Source of the DNA: Haliotis rufescens
Taxonomy: Eukaryota
DNA: 64,000 nt
Direction: 5' to 3'
NCBI RefSeq assembly: GCF_023055435.1
Contig: NW_025963924.1
Span: 744,001-808,000 of the forward strand
Position 1 is the stretch's first letter. Every line of letters starts with the position of its first letter. The position numbers were made by a program, and so were the translations under genes. The notes under the pieces are model-generated. The model was not told the origin of the DNA and made no database searches. It saw nothing but the letters and a program-made list of their open reading frames with translations. This document shows positions 51,401 to 62,164 of the stretch, one piece after another.

Positions 51401-54400
51401 GTGAGACCCATGTCTGTTGTTGGTCACTGTGTGAGACCCATGTCTGTTGTTGGTCACTGTGTGAGACCCATGTCTGTTGTTGGTCACTGTATGAGACCCA
51501 TGTCTGTTGTTGGTCACTGTATGAGACCCATGTCTGTTGTTGTTCACTGTATGAGACCCATGTCTGGTGTTGGTCTCTGTATGAGACCCATGTCTGTTGT
51601 CGGTCACTGTGTGAGACCCATGTCTGTTGTCGGTCACTGTGTGAGACCCATGTCTGTTGTTGGTCACTGTGTGAGACCCATGTCTGTTGTTCACTGTATG
51701 AGACCCATGTCTGTTGTCGGTCACTGTATGAGACCCATGTCTGTTGTTGGTCACTGTGTGAGACCCATGTCTGTCGTTGGTCACTGTATGAGACCCATGT
51801 CTGGTGTTGGTCACTGTGTGAGACCCATGTCTGTTGTTCACTGTATGAGACCCATGTCTGTTGTCGGTCACTGTATGAGACCCATGTCTGTTGTTGTTCA
51901 CCGTATGAGACCCATGTCTGTTGTTGGTCACTGTATGAGACCCATGTCTGTTGTCGGTCACTGTATGAGACCCATGTCTGTTGTTGGTCACTGTATGAGA
52001 CCCATGTCTGGTGTTGGTCACTGTGTGAGACCCATGTCTGTTGTTGGTCACTGTATGAGACCCATGTCTGGTGTTGGTCACTGTGTGAGACCCATGTCTG
52101 TTGTTGGTCACTGTGTGAGACCCATGTCTGTTGTTGGTCACTGTGTGAGACCCATGTCTGTTGTCGGTCACTGTATGAGACCCATGTATGTTGTCTGTCA
52201 CTGTATGAGACCCATGTCTGTTGTTGGTCACTGTATGAGACCCATGTCTGTTGTTGGTCACTGTATGAGACCCATGTCCGTTGTTGTTCACTGTATGAGA
52301 CCCATGTCTGTTGTTGTTCACTGTATGAGACCCATGTCTGTTGTCGGTCACTGTGTGAGACCCATGTCTGTTGTTGGTCACTGTGTGAGACCCATGTCTG
52401 TTGTTGGTCACTGTGTGAGACCCATGTCTGTTGTTGTTCACTGTATGAGACCCATGTCTGTTGTCGGTCACTGTATGAGACCCATGTCTGTTGTTGGTCA
52501 CTGTGTGAGACCCATGTCTGTTGTTGTTCACTGTATGAGACCCATGTCTGTTGTTGGTCACTGTATGAGACCCATGTCTGTTGTTGGTCACTGTATGAGG
52601 CCCATGTCTGTTGTCGGTCACTGTATGAGACCCATGTCTGTTGTCGGTCACTGTATGAGACCCATGTCTGTTGTTGTTCACCGTATGAGACCCATGTATG
52701 TTGTCTGTCACTGTATGAGACCCATGTATGTTGTTGGTCACTGTATGAGACCCATGTCTGTTGTTGGTCACTGTATGAGGCCCATGTATGTTGTCGGTCA
52801 CTGTATGAGACCCATGTCTGTTGTCTGTCACTGTATGAGACCCATGTCTGTTGATGATGACTATAAACACTACCTGAGACCCATGTCTGTTGTTGGTCAC
52901 TGTGTGAGACCAATGTCTGTTGTTGGTCACTGTATGAGACCCATGTATGTTGTTGGTCACTGTATGAGACCCATGTCTGTTGTTGGTCACTGTATGAGGC
53001 CCATGTATGTTGTCGGTCACTGTATGAGACCCATGTCTGTTGTCTGTCACTGTATGAGACCCATGTCTGTTGATGATGACTATAAACACTACCTGAGACC
53101 CATGTCTGTTGTTGGTCACTGTGTGAGACCAATGTCTGTTGTTGGTCACTGTATGAGACCCATGTATGTTGTCTGTCACTGTATGAGACCCATGTCTGTT
53201 GTTGGTCACTGTATGAGGCCCATGTATGTTGTCGGTCACTGTATGAGACCCATGTCTGTTGTCTGTCACTGTATGAGACCCATGTCTGTTGTTGGTCACT
53301 GTATGAGACCCATGTCTGTTGTTGGTCACTGTATGAGGCCCATGTCTGTTGTCTGTCACTGTATGAGACCCATGTCTGTTGTTGGTCACTGTATGAGACC
53401 CATGTCTGTTGTTGGTCACTGTGTGAGACCCATGTCTGTTGTTGGTCACTGTATGAGACCCATGTCTGTTGTTGGTCACTGTATGAGACCCATGTCTGTT
53501 GTCTGTCACTGTATGAGACCCATGTCTGTTGATGATGACTATAAACACTACCTGAGACCCACCGCTACATGAGAACTGTGTTTTTTGCTGTAGGCTATGC
53601 AGTTCTGTCAGGAGCTGGAGTCTGAGAGGAATGGCCGTGCTAAGGCCGAGGTGATCGAGGATGAATCCACAGACAAGTCGGTGAGTTATTGTTGAGACAC
53701 CATTTCCTAGGAAGTTATTTTAAGTGCACTAGTTTTAAATATAAACCAGTTTTTCAATGTAACCAGATTGATTGGCAAACACTGTTTTCCTGCACTGACT
53801 TCCCCTTGCTGAGACCACTTCGTGGTCTGGTGGTATAGCTTCAGCATGGAGAATGGAAAGACTGGCGTTTGATCCCCGGCCATGTCATACCAAAAGACAG
53901 TAAAAATTTGTACTTCTTGTTACCCTGCCTAGCGCCCGGCATTATGGGGTTAAAACAAAGACTAGTAGAGTCAGATAACTGTGTCTGAGTGGGGTATTCA
54001 TGTTAAACTGCTGCATGGTATTTCAGTAGTCTATAGGGGTGACTATTGGTCTGGACATCACTATTGCGATAACTATTGATATTGAATGAAACTAGTGCGA
54101 TAACTATTGATATTGCAAACAACTATTGCGATAAATATCAACAGTTTTCAGTGTATCATTTTAGATGGATTTTAGAGTTGAATTAAACCTTGGAACTGAA
54201 GTTTCCTTTGAATGTGATAACCATAACAACAAATAAAAAGTAAAGTTTGATATATGACTGATTTGTTTTTTCTTTACCCTAATAATTTAAGAAAAAGGAA
54301 CTTCCACATTACCATGTGTAAATTACTACCACTCATGATCAAAAGAAAAACAAATTTGAACAGCATTGCATGTATTTTATTGATATGGTAAATACAATCG

Positions 54401-57400
54401 AAACTATCCTGCACTGAAATCAATACTTTTGATCGGAAACTGATTTAACAATCGATTTATTGACTTTAAGTGCTTACCAATAGTGAAATATGGATATTTC
54501 GATTTATCGTGACGCCCCTAGTAGGCTAGTACGATAAAATCAGCATTAGTCCGGACTAGCACAAGCAGCCAAACACACTGAGAGCAGCGTTAAATAAACA
54601 AACACACACACTCACACCTGCATGCACATCGCTATATAAGTGCAATAATCTTGGCTACAACGTTAAACCCCATTTCACCACAACCGTGCTGAGGTTTTTG
54701 TTTCTGCTGATAGATTCAACCTTTTTCAGGCTTGATTATCTCAACAATAAACAATGTCAACACCCTACTGAAAGAAACGTTTCATAGCCAGTGCTGGTGA
54801 GATGCAACAACATTAATTCCACCCAATATTATATTTCATATGTGTAAATATTCATTTTCTTTACATACTATCTGTGATGTGAGATTCTCTAGTCCCAAGT
54901 TTATCATGCTTGTTGTACTTGAATGGGGATGACATGGTAAGACTGTGTGTGTTTGTTGTTTAACACTGCAATATTCCAGCTATATCGTTGTGGTACAGGT
55001 TATGTAAAGGTTTTCCATGGTTTAAAGTGTTGGCTCATCGTGCCAGAGAACCAGGTTTTATTTTACACATTGGAGCAATGGGTGACGTTCCTTCTATTTC
55101 CATAGCCGTGATAGCTGGATCACGGTGGCAAGAAAGATGTTCGTAATATTAGGAATATTCAAGTTTTGTTTGTTGTGTAATGCCGTACAATGCAATATTG
55201 CAGCTAGGTATATGACGGTGGTTTGTAAATAATCGAGTCTGGACCAGACAATCCAGTGAATAATATCAGGAGCATCGATCTACACATTTTGGATACAATA
55301 ACATACATCAACCAAGTCGGGGAGCCTGACCACCCAATCCTATCATTTGCCTCTTATGACAAGCATGGGTTGACCTATTCTAACCCAGATCTTCATGGAT
55401 CAGTCTGACTGTGACTTGGATGGCGTGTCACTGTACATGGACACCATTGGTTTGTCTGGTCCAGACTCGATTACAGGCAGGCAGTCGTGTAATTGCTGGA
55501 ATATTGGTGGCTGGTGTTAAACACTTTTCACTCTTTACTTCTGCTCAACCCTGTTAGATATATTTACCTTTTCTGACACAGCACGAGTTCTACAAGGCCC
55601 TGACTGGTGAGGATGATTCTGATGATCCCTCGACTGCAGCAGATCCTGCCAAGGAGCTTTACAGGTTCGTAGTAGACCTTCACAGGTTCATAGCAGACCT
55701 TCACGGGTTCGTAGCAGACCTTCACGGGTTCGTAGCAGAACTTCACGGGTTCGTAGCAGACCTTCACGGGTTCGTAGCAGACCTTCACGGGTTCGTAGCA
55801 GACCTTCACGGGTTCGTAGCAGACCTGCACGGGTTCGTAGCAGACCTGCACGGGTTCGTAGCAGACCTGCACGGGTTCGTAGCAGACCTTCACGGGTTCG
55901 TAGCAGACCTGCACGGGTTCGTAGCAGACCTTCACGGGTTCGTAGCAGACCTGCACGGGTTCGTAGCAGACCTGCACGGGTTCGTAGCAGACCTTCACGG
56001 GTTCGTAGCAGACCTGCACGGGTTCGTAGCAGACCTGCACGGGTTCGTAGCAGACCTGCACGGGTTCGTAGCAGACCTTCACAGGTTCGTAGCAGACCTG
56101 CACAGGTTCGTAGCAGACCTGCACATGTTCATAGCAGACCTTCACGGGTTCATAACAGACCTTCACGGGCTCATAACAGACCAATCTCAATATCAGATTT
56201 TAGTTTTCGCTATCGCTAAACAAAGATCTGAGGACATCTAATTACGGGTCACGTCAGAACGACCGTTCATCCAACCAATCAGAGCGTCGCTTACCAGATC
56301 ATGAAAGTGACAGTCGGAATGTGTTTTCTGATCATGCAACCACGATATATTTAACACAAGGTATTCCGAACGACAGTTATGGGTTTTATGATTATATCCA
56401 TACAATCTAGGCTAGGCCATCTATGAGCCATTCCAGAATGTTCTTATCAGTTTTAAAATTTTAATCGAGAATACGTCAAAATATGTTTCGAAGTGTAGTC
56501 GCCAGTTGGAAACTAGTGTCGTAAAGCTCGAGAAAGCGGCCTTCTGATTGGCCAATGTCGATTTCTTGTCAGTCATTTTATTGGTCGGTCAAAATTCGCG
56601 AAAGGTCGTTCTGACGTGACCCGTAATGGGATATCCTCAGATCTTTGTTAAGCGGTAGCAAGAACTAAGATCTGATTTCAATAAGATTGATAGCAGACCT
56701 TCACAGATTTGTAGCAGACCTTCACAGGTTCATAGCAGACCTTCACAGGTTCATACCAAAAATTCACAGGTTCATAGCAGACCTTCACAGGTTCAAAGCA
56801 GACCTGCACAGGTTCATAGCAGACCTTCACAAGTTCATAGCAAAAATTCACAGGTTCATAGCAGACCTGCATAGGTTCATAGCAGACCTGCATAGGTTCA
56901 TAGCAGACCTGCATAGGTTCATAGCAAACCTTCACAGGTTCATGGCAAACCTGCATAGGTTCATGGCAGACCTGCATAGGTTCATGGTAGACCTGCACAG
57001 GTTCATAGCAGAACTTCACAGGTTCATAGCAAAAATTCACAGGTTCATAGCAAACCTTCACAGGTTCATTGTAGACCTGCACAGGTTCATGATAGGCCTT
57101 CACAGGTTCATGATAGGCCTTCACAGGTTCATGGTAGGCAGTCAGACGATGTGTTGCATCATTGATTTCAGTCCTGTACATGTATTATCAGTCAAGATAT
57201 CAATAATAATTTTTGTAGATTGTCAGATGCTAGTGGCACTATTCAATTCAAACTGGAGAAGAAAGGAGACATCGCCAGGTCTGATCTGGACAGCAAGGTA
57301 AGAAGACAAATTTTAATTTTAATAAGATCTGAAGCCATTTGCACACCTGGAGCCAGCACCACCCAATTCTTTATTTTATATATTCCGAAGTGTCTATGGT

Positions 57401-59522
57401 ACCAGTGATACCTGCAGAACAGTTGGCACAGTGGACACTGCAAGAACTGATCAGGGAATGCAACATTAAAAGAGCTGTCAGATCACTATTGACTTGACCC
57501 AGTTAAACTTTTAGTTTCTGTATTTTATTGTGAAAAATGTCTTTTGAAATGGCTTTTTTATGTGGATATATATATTTACCGCCAATTTAAATGTGAATAC
57601 CATACAAGTTGGTTTATTATAAGTGAAGAATTACTCATATCCAAGAGATATCAGATAGCGTTGATGCATTGACGAACAGACTGGAACCCATATTTTAATA
57701 ATGACTCCCTCAATAGAATCCAACCTTGGTAATGTTGGACAAGTCCATTTAATGCACAGGTGGATATTTCACAATCCTCACGTGAATTACCTGTAACTCA
57801 TATCTCTCCCGCTTTTGGATGTGATTATTCGGCCATCACGTCTATATGCGTTGCCCTGCTACATCTATAGGGAACAATTCACAAGACACTCCCCTCTTAA
57901 AAATAACATTGTCCAATATATGACATCATCAACTTGCGAGTGCATATTTGAATCTCCAGATATAATGTCGTGATAGAAGATGTTTTATCGTGAAATAAGT
58001 CGCGCTTCATCCTTCTTTGTTCTTTACGATTTATCACGTAGCTATCTTATATTATTAGTTATGGTGTCTTTAGTTGCCATATATGGTGTCATATTTGGTT
58101 AGCAGAAAAATATTGGGCAAGTGGTCAGCGTATACGGTGTCATATTAGGCCGGATATTTTTCTGCTGACCTAATATGTCACCGTTTTCGGCAACTAAAGA
58201 CAAAATGAACGAATTTATTATGCCGCAATATTTTCACTACCTGGTATCCTTATCGCACATGTCATGTCAAAATGAAAACTTCCCACCTACAACAAATGAC
58301 TTTAAGGGTCAAAGGGAGACTACTCTTCACACCTTATAGGCTGAACATTGTTGAAACCTTTAGCTATAATCTCTATCAATAAAGTCACAAACATGATTTT
58401 TTTTAAATAAATGTCCTTGCACATCACGATTAATATGAAAACACAAACAAATGTCGAATAACTAATCTCTGTACCAAAATTTTCATCTGAAATATGTGAG
58501 GTGGGTGTTGGAAATTCAAGCTGGCTGTTACTGATGGTATACGGTCTCATATTAGGTCAGTAACCGCCATCTTGGATTTTTTCAGATGGGAGACGGGCTC
58601 ATGAGGGGTTAGTTCTGCTCTCTGATTGGTCAATCTCACTTTGAGGCATAGAAACTAACATTAATAGTACATGCCACTTGTCTATAACTTTTCAGCCTTA
58701 CCTGATGTGTATTGGGCTCAAATACTGTTCAAATTTGGTATTTATGTTACTGCTACTGAGGCAGCCATATTAGATATACAACTGTGATGAAGAAATTTTT
58801 ACTTTTTGCTTGTTTGACTTCACAATTCTTTCAGGGAGATGTTGTTGTGTAACACAGATGTATCTAACACAGATGGACGAAAGAGATTTCATTTCTTTGT
58901 AACTTTGTTAACTTTGCGCACAAAGAAAAAGCTAATAATGTTTGTTTACTCATTAGGATGTGTTTATTCTGGATACGAAATCTGACCTGTTTGTGTGGAT
59001 CGGTCAGGACACATCCAAGAATGAGAAGAAGACTGCATTGGAGTTTGCACATGTAAGTAGTGTTTGGATGTGCTTGTATAACATTCAAAATTGGTCAAGG
59101 TTCAAAACTCCTTGTATTAAAGTGCCAATGTATTGTAGACATAAACTGTGACATGATAAGTGAGGGCTTTCTGATTGGTTGTCATAGGCCCAAACCTATC
59201 AATTTGCAAACACTAGAATATTCTAGAAACGATATCGGATAGTTAGGGATGAGAGCCTGGTTCTATTTCTTGCTGACATTTGGTGAAACTTCCAAATCTT
59301 GTTTGCAAACAGCTGTATCAGTGTTGCACCTGCAAAGCCCCAAGTAAGTTTCTTACACTGATCTATAGAGGAACATTTCATGCTCATTAATTTTACTTTT
59401 GAGCATGGCCAAAATATATTTTCCAGAACTATCTTATGAAGAGTGACCACCCTTTCATCTCTGTGACCTGTGTTGCTGAACGTCAGAGGTCCGCTAGTTT
59501 CAACGCAGCAATTGCTGCATAA
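42460..59522 (+). CDS. Gelsolin-like protein (3 gelsolin domains; severin/EWAM-type actin modulator), paralogue 2, 13 coding exons, 365 aa
   Basis: Manual splice: join(42460-42466,44153-44233,44789-44862,45583-45657,46472-46543,46942-47069,47884-47992,48305-48415,53594-53680,55582-55664,57219-57297,58957-59052,59427-59522) = 1098 nt, open frame, all [60 protein letters not shown]...GDSYIILN...[24 protein letters not shown]...HREVQGHES...DVFILDLG...LSDASG...[16 protein letters not shown]...AAIAA*. Confidence 0.96.
42997..43158 (+). mobile_element. SINE family B (short, tRNA-derived head, (ACTC)n tail)
   Basis: A-box-like gtagcctggtgcttaa and B-box-like gggttcaatt; other copies 9498-9667(-), 15714-15847(+), 16781-16928(+), decayed ~6930-7050. 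Confidence 0.8.
43449..43920. mobile_element. Possible piggyBac-like MITE
   Basis: gtaa|cctctctgtcgcc ... ggcacccagaggg|ttaa; CpG-rich interior within a CpG-poor intron. Confidence 0.5.
44153..44233 (+). CDS. Gelsolin-like 2, coding exon 2
   Basis: [27 protein letters not shown]; ag/gtaagt. Confidence 0.95.
44789..44862 (+). CDS. Gelsolin-like 2, coding exon 3
   Basis: [25 protein letters not shown]. Confidence 0.95.
45583..45657 (+). CDS. Gelsolin-like 2, coding exon 4
   Basis: [25 protein letters not shown]. Confidence 0.95.
46472..46543 (+). CDS. Gelsolin-like 2, coding exon 5
   Basis: [24 protein letters not shown]. Confidence 0.95.
46589..46805. mobile_element. Short palindromic MITE
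   Basis: ggctaaaaaaa..ttggttctcaggcatc / gtgcctgagaaccaa..ttttttagcc. Confidence 0.7.
46942..47069 (+). CDS. Gelsolin-like 2, coding exon 6
   Basis: [43 protein letters not shown]. Confidence 0.95.
47197..47727. repeat. Compound minisatellite: 17-bp CACTGAGTGATGTCGTG flanks around a 16-bp CATTGAGTGGTACAGG core
   Basis: Periods read at 47351/47368 and 47401/47417/47433. Confidence 0.93.
47884..47992 (+). CDS. Gelsolin-like 2, coding exon 7
   Basis: [36 protein letters not shown]. Confidence 0.95.
48305..48415 (+). CDS. Gelsolin-like 2, coding exon 8
   Basis: [37 protein letters not shown]. Confidence 0.95.
48428..49454. repeat. Minisatellite, 53-bp unit (~19 copies)
   Basis: gtgtgacatcattacaaggacatctcttggtatgacattacaattaatgtatt at 48428, 48481, ... 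Confidence 0.97.
50936..51280. mobile_element. Tc1/mariner (pogo-like) MITE
   Basis: Perfect 24-bp TIR ccgtattcgacgtaataagcgccc, TA on both flanks. Confidence 0.88.
51302..53561. repeat. Minisatellite, 30-bp unit CTGTATGAGACCCATGTCTGTTGTTGGTCA (~75 copies)
   Basis: Direct reading. Confidence 0.97.
53594..53680 (+). CDS. Gelsolin-like 2, coding exon 9
   Basis: [29 protein letters not shown]; ag/gtgagt. Confidence 0.93.
53813..54685 (+). mobile_element. SINE family D copy interrupted by a hAT-like MITE
   Basis: 5' part 53813-54033, 3' part 54521-54685. Confidence 0.82.
54034..54520. mobile_element. Non-autonomous hAT-type element nested in SINE D
   Basis: Ends tagggg.../...gccccta; 8-bp TSD gtagtcta / gtaggcta. 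Confidence 0.8.
55165..55401 (-). mobile_element. SINE family A, decayed copy
   Basis: Match with CpG decay. Confidence 0.75.
55582..55664 (+). CDS. Gelsolin-like 2, coding exon 10
   Basis: [28 protein letters not shown]; donor ag|gttcgt at the same position and phase as paralogue (KRLYR). Confidence 0.92.
55657..57140. repeat. Minisatellite, 21-bp unit CTTCACRGGTTCRTAGCAGAC, split by a MITE at 56182-56689
   Basis: First unit overlaps the exon 10 donor; ~25 units left arm, ~21 right arm. Confidence 0.95.
56182..56689. mobile_element. Long-TIR MITE (Mutator-like) inserted in the 21-bp minisatellite
   Basis: ~80-bp imperfect TIRs (…aaagatctgaggacatctaattacgggtcacgtcagaacgacc / ggtcgttctgacgtgacccgtaatgggatatcctcagatcttt…); 9-bp phase duplication ataacagac/atagcagac. 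Confidence 0.82.
57219..57297 (+). CDS. Gelsolin-like 2, coding exon 11
   Basis: [26 protein letters not shown]. Confidence 0.94.
58957..59052 (+). CDS. Gelsolin-like 2, coding exon 12
   Basis: [32 protein letters not shown]. Confidence 0.95.
59427..59522 (+). CDS. Gelsolin-like 2, last coding exon
   Basis: [31 protein letters not shown]. Confidence 0.93.
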   Translation, partial: NYLMKSDHPFISVTCVAERQRSASFNAAIAA

Positions 59523-61898
59523 TGGGATAGCCCACTTCCTGTCACCTGACCTGAGGTTGGACATCAGCCCTAGACATTCTACCATAAGTGCTATCTGTTT
59601 TCATATATGCATATGTCTATCCATACAACAATTCTTTTCTCATGGGTAAATGTACTTAAGAAATACTGTGCAAGTGACAAAAATTGCTAAAAGAACAAAT
59701 TCAACACCTAATTAAATGCTTCCATTAAATGATTTACTGATAATGGAAAGTGCATTCCTTGGTTTCTTATCCAGGGGGTATCATTTGTGATAAAACTGTT
59801 TTCTCTGAGATATTATGCTGATATTGTTTCAATCAGAAGATTAACTCACTCAGGACTCCATGATCCTTAGCTATTTTTTTAAATAATTCCAAATTTGTAG
59901 TATTTACAGCTATATCATGTAAGTCCAGGAACAAGACCCAGACATTTGTACAGAGTGGCGTCCCTTGGCTACCAGGGTCGTTGACTTGCGAGTCAGAATT
60001 GCTGTGATCTTCATCCCTGCTTCAGCAGCAATGAAAATTGTGCAGAACACTTTTTTCTTGCATGACCCACCTTGAAATGTCCAAAATATGTTCAAACGAA
60101 TCACAATCACTCACACGTCTAAGTCTCTGCACTGGTGTTTCTTAGGTATGTTCACCTGATGTTCTGTTTTCTCTAGAAACATTTGTAATGTTGTTACCCC
60201 AAAATTTAGGTTTATATCTGTTATGTTGATATGTTTGCCAAAATCATTTTTTTTTTATATGGATATTTAGAATTTACAGGCATTCCTGTCCCTCTCTTGT
60301 CTATCATTTTTTCTTATTTTAGTTTGTAGAAGTATTGTGTGAACATGTTTGTTTGTTTATCTCCAAAAAAAGTAAACAATATGAACAATCATTTCATATT
60401 TACAACTAAAACCACATGATTACAAATGTCTTAATCTTTGGCTCAAGAAACGTAAGGAAATGTGTATTATATACATGTATGTTTGAAACAGAAAATCTTC
60501 AGATAGAAGCTCCACAGGGCACGACAAAAATGTTTTTCATCAAAAACGTATTTTCAAAGCTGTCAAGTCATAAAGGATTTTGTTATGTCAGTAGGCAGTA
60601 AGTTCAGTTATACTTATAAGCAGCCCTGGTTGCAAAGCAAGACCAGTTGTCCTATTAAATCATTATAATTTTGACATGCATAGAACTAATGTTAAAACCA
60701 GATGATTTTTTGCCAGTCAATCCCGAAATATTCATATTGCCCTGAAAAGTCAAATCCTTCACATGGCCAGTTTGAACATGATCCACATGCTTATTAGAAA
60801 CATATAATTTAATTTCACGTGTCCTCAAAATCCCCAGAGAATCACTGTGGGAAAGGGGCCAAGGGGCCTATCTGATTCATTTAACAAAAGGTTAAGGGTG
60901 GGTTATTTCCAATGAGTGACCACCTGTCCACTGCAATAATATAAACACAAGTATTTGTGGCACCCACTGACTCAATCTAGTCACTCATGATTGTCTCCCT
61001 TTGTTGTACCAGGAAACCACCCAATAGCGCCACTGTTGGTATGTTGAGCATTAAAAAAACATTCCCTTCACCAGGCCAATTGGCCAAGCGTTACCAATGC
61101 CATGACAGTATTGTTTTCCAGATAGAAATTCAAGCCCTTTACCATTTTAGCGAGTAATTTTTATCATTTGAAAAAGAAGTTTCAATTTTGAATCGATGTG
61201 ATTTTTAATTTATTAACAATTAATTGTTTGTTTGGTTTATTAACGGCTTCTGAATGCAGATTGTTAAAAATATACTTGTGACATTTCTTCAGGAAAGCCA
61301 TTTTGTGCCTTCTTTTCAAATGATCAGCCAAAATGCACTTTTTGCAAAATGATTATTCAAGTCATCTTTTATTGTTTTTTTTGTTTTGTTACAATAGATT
61401 TGTTAGGTGTTCTAGATAAAGAGATTTTTCTAGTCCAGCCAAGTTAGCTCAAGGTTTGTACCATTCCATCCTAATGTTACACAGAGGTAAAAGAATTGTA
61501 TTTATGACAGCTTCACCAAAATAGTAGGATGGTGCCAGCTCAAAAAGAGAATGATTGATTATGTACCTTGATTATGAAATTATAATTATTTAATTGAAAT
61601 TTCGATATTCTGCCTGATACAGCTCATCGATGATACATATCGGGGGGAAAAGAAATATGGTAATATTGGAAATTGGAAACTAAAACAGAAGATTTGTTAA
61701 TCATGATTTTTTTGTCTTACCTTAATATGTTGTTTACCATCATAAGGAATTAGTCAGCCAAGTGAGCCTTTGGTCTAAAGATTCTACTTGTGTGCTACTG
61801 TAGACATATTTTGTTTGAAAAACATTTTACCTTCATGGGTACAATATTGTCTCAAATTTTACGGATTTGATTTGTGTATTGACATTTACACTCAATAG

Positions 61899-61904
61899 AA
61901 TAAA
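61899..61904 (+). terminator. Candidate poly(A) signal of gelsolin-like 2
   Basis: AATAAA ~2.4 kb after stop followed by T-rich tract; repeat-free UTR-like region ends here and SINEs resume. Confidence 0.5.
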
Positions 61905-61943
61905 GACTTACCATAATGGGTATCTTTCTTATTATTTGATCAG

Positions 61944-62164
61944 AGTTAGAATAGGTCTTCATCAACCGATGCTTGCCGTAAGAGGAGACTGACGGGATCG
62001 GGTGTTCAGGCTCGCTGACTTTGTTGATGCATGTTGTTGTATCTCAATTGTGTGGATCAATGCTCATGATGTCAATCACTAGATTGTCTGGTCCAGATTG
62101 GATTATTTACAGACTATAGTCATATAACTCGAATATTGATGAGTGCTCCGGTAAACAACAAACA
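61944..62164 (+). mobile_element. SINE family A, decayed copy
   Basis: Match to 29981 copy. Confidence 0.78.

Noticed and set aside
51244-53572. 536-754 aa Cys/His-rich ORFs
   Set aside because: Four frames on two strands open over one 30-bp array inside gelsolin intron 8; repeat artefact
56687-57301. 204-aa IADLHRF ORF running into exon 11
   Set aside because: Crosses exon 11 in the wrong frame; derived from the 21-bp repeat
5576-59522. Single six-domain gelsolin made by joining both units
   Set aside because: Each unit has its own ATG exon, N-terminal YDWKDSN motif, stop codon and UTR-like region
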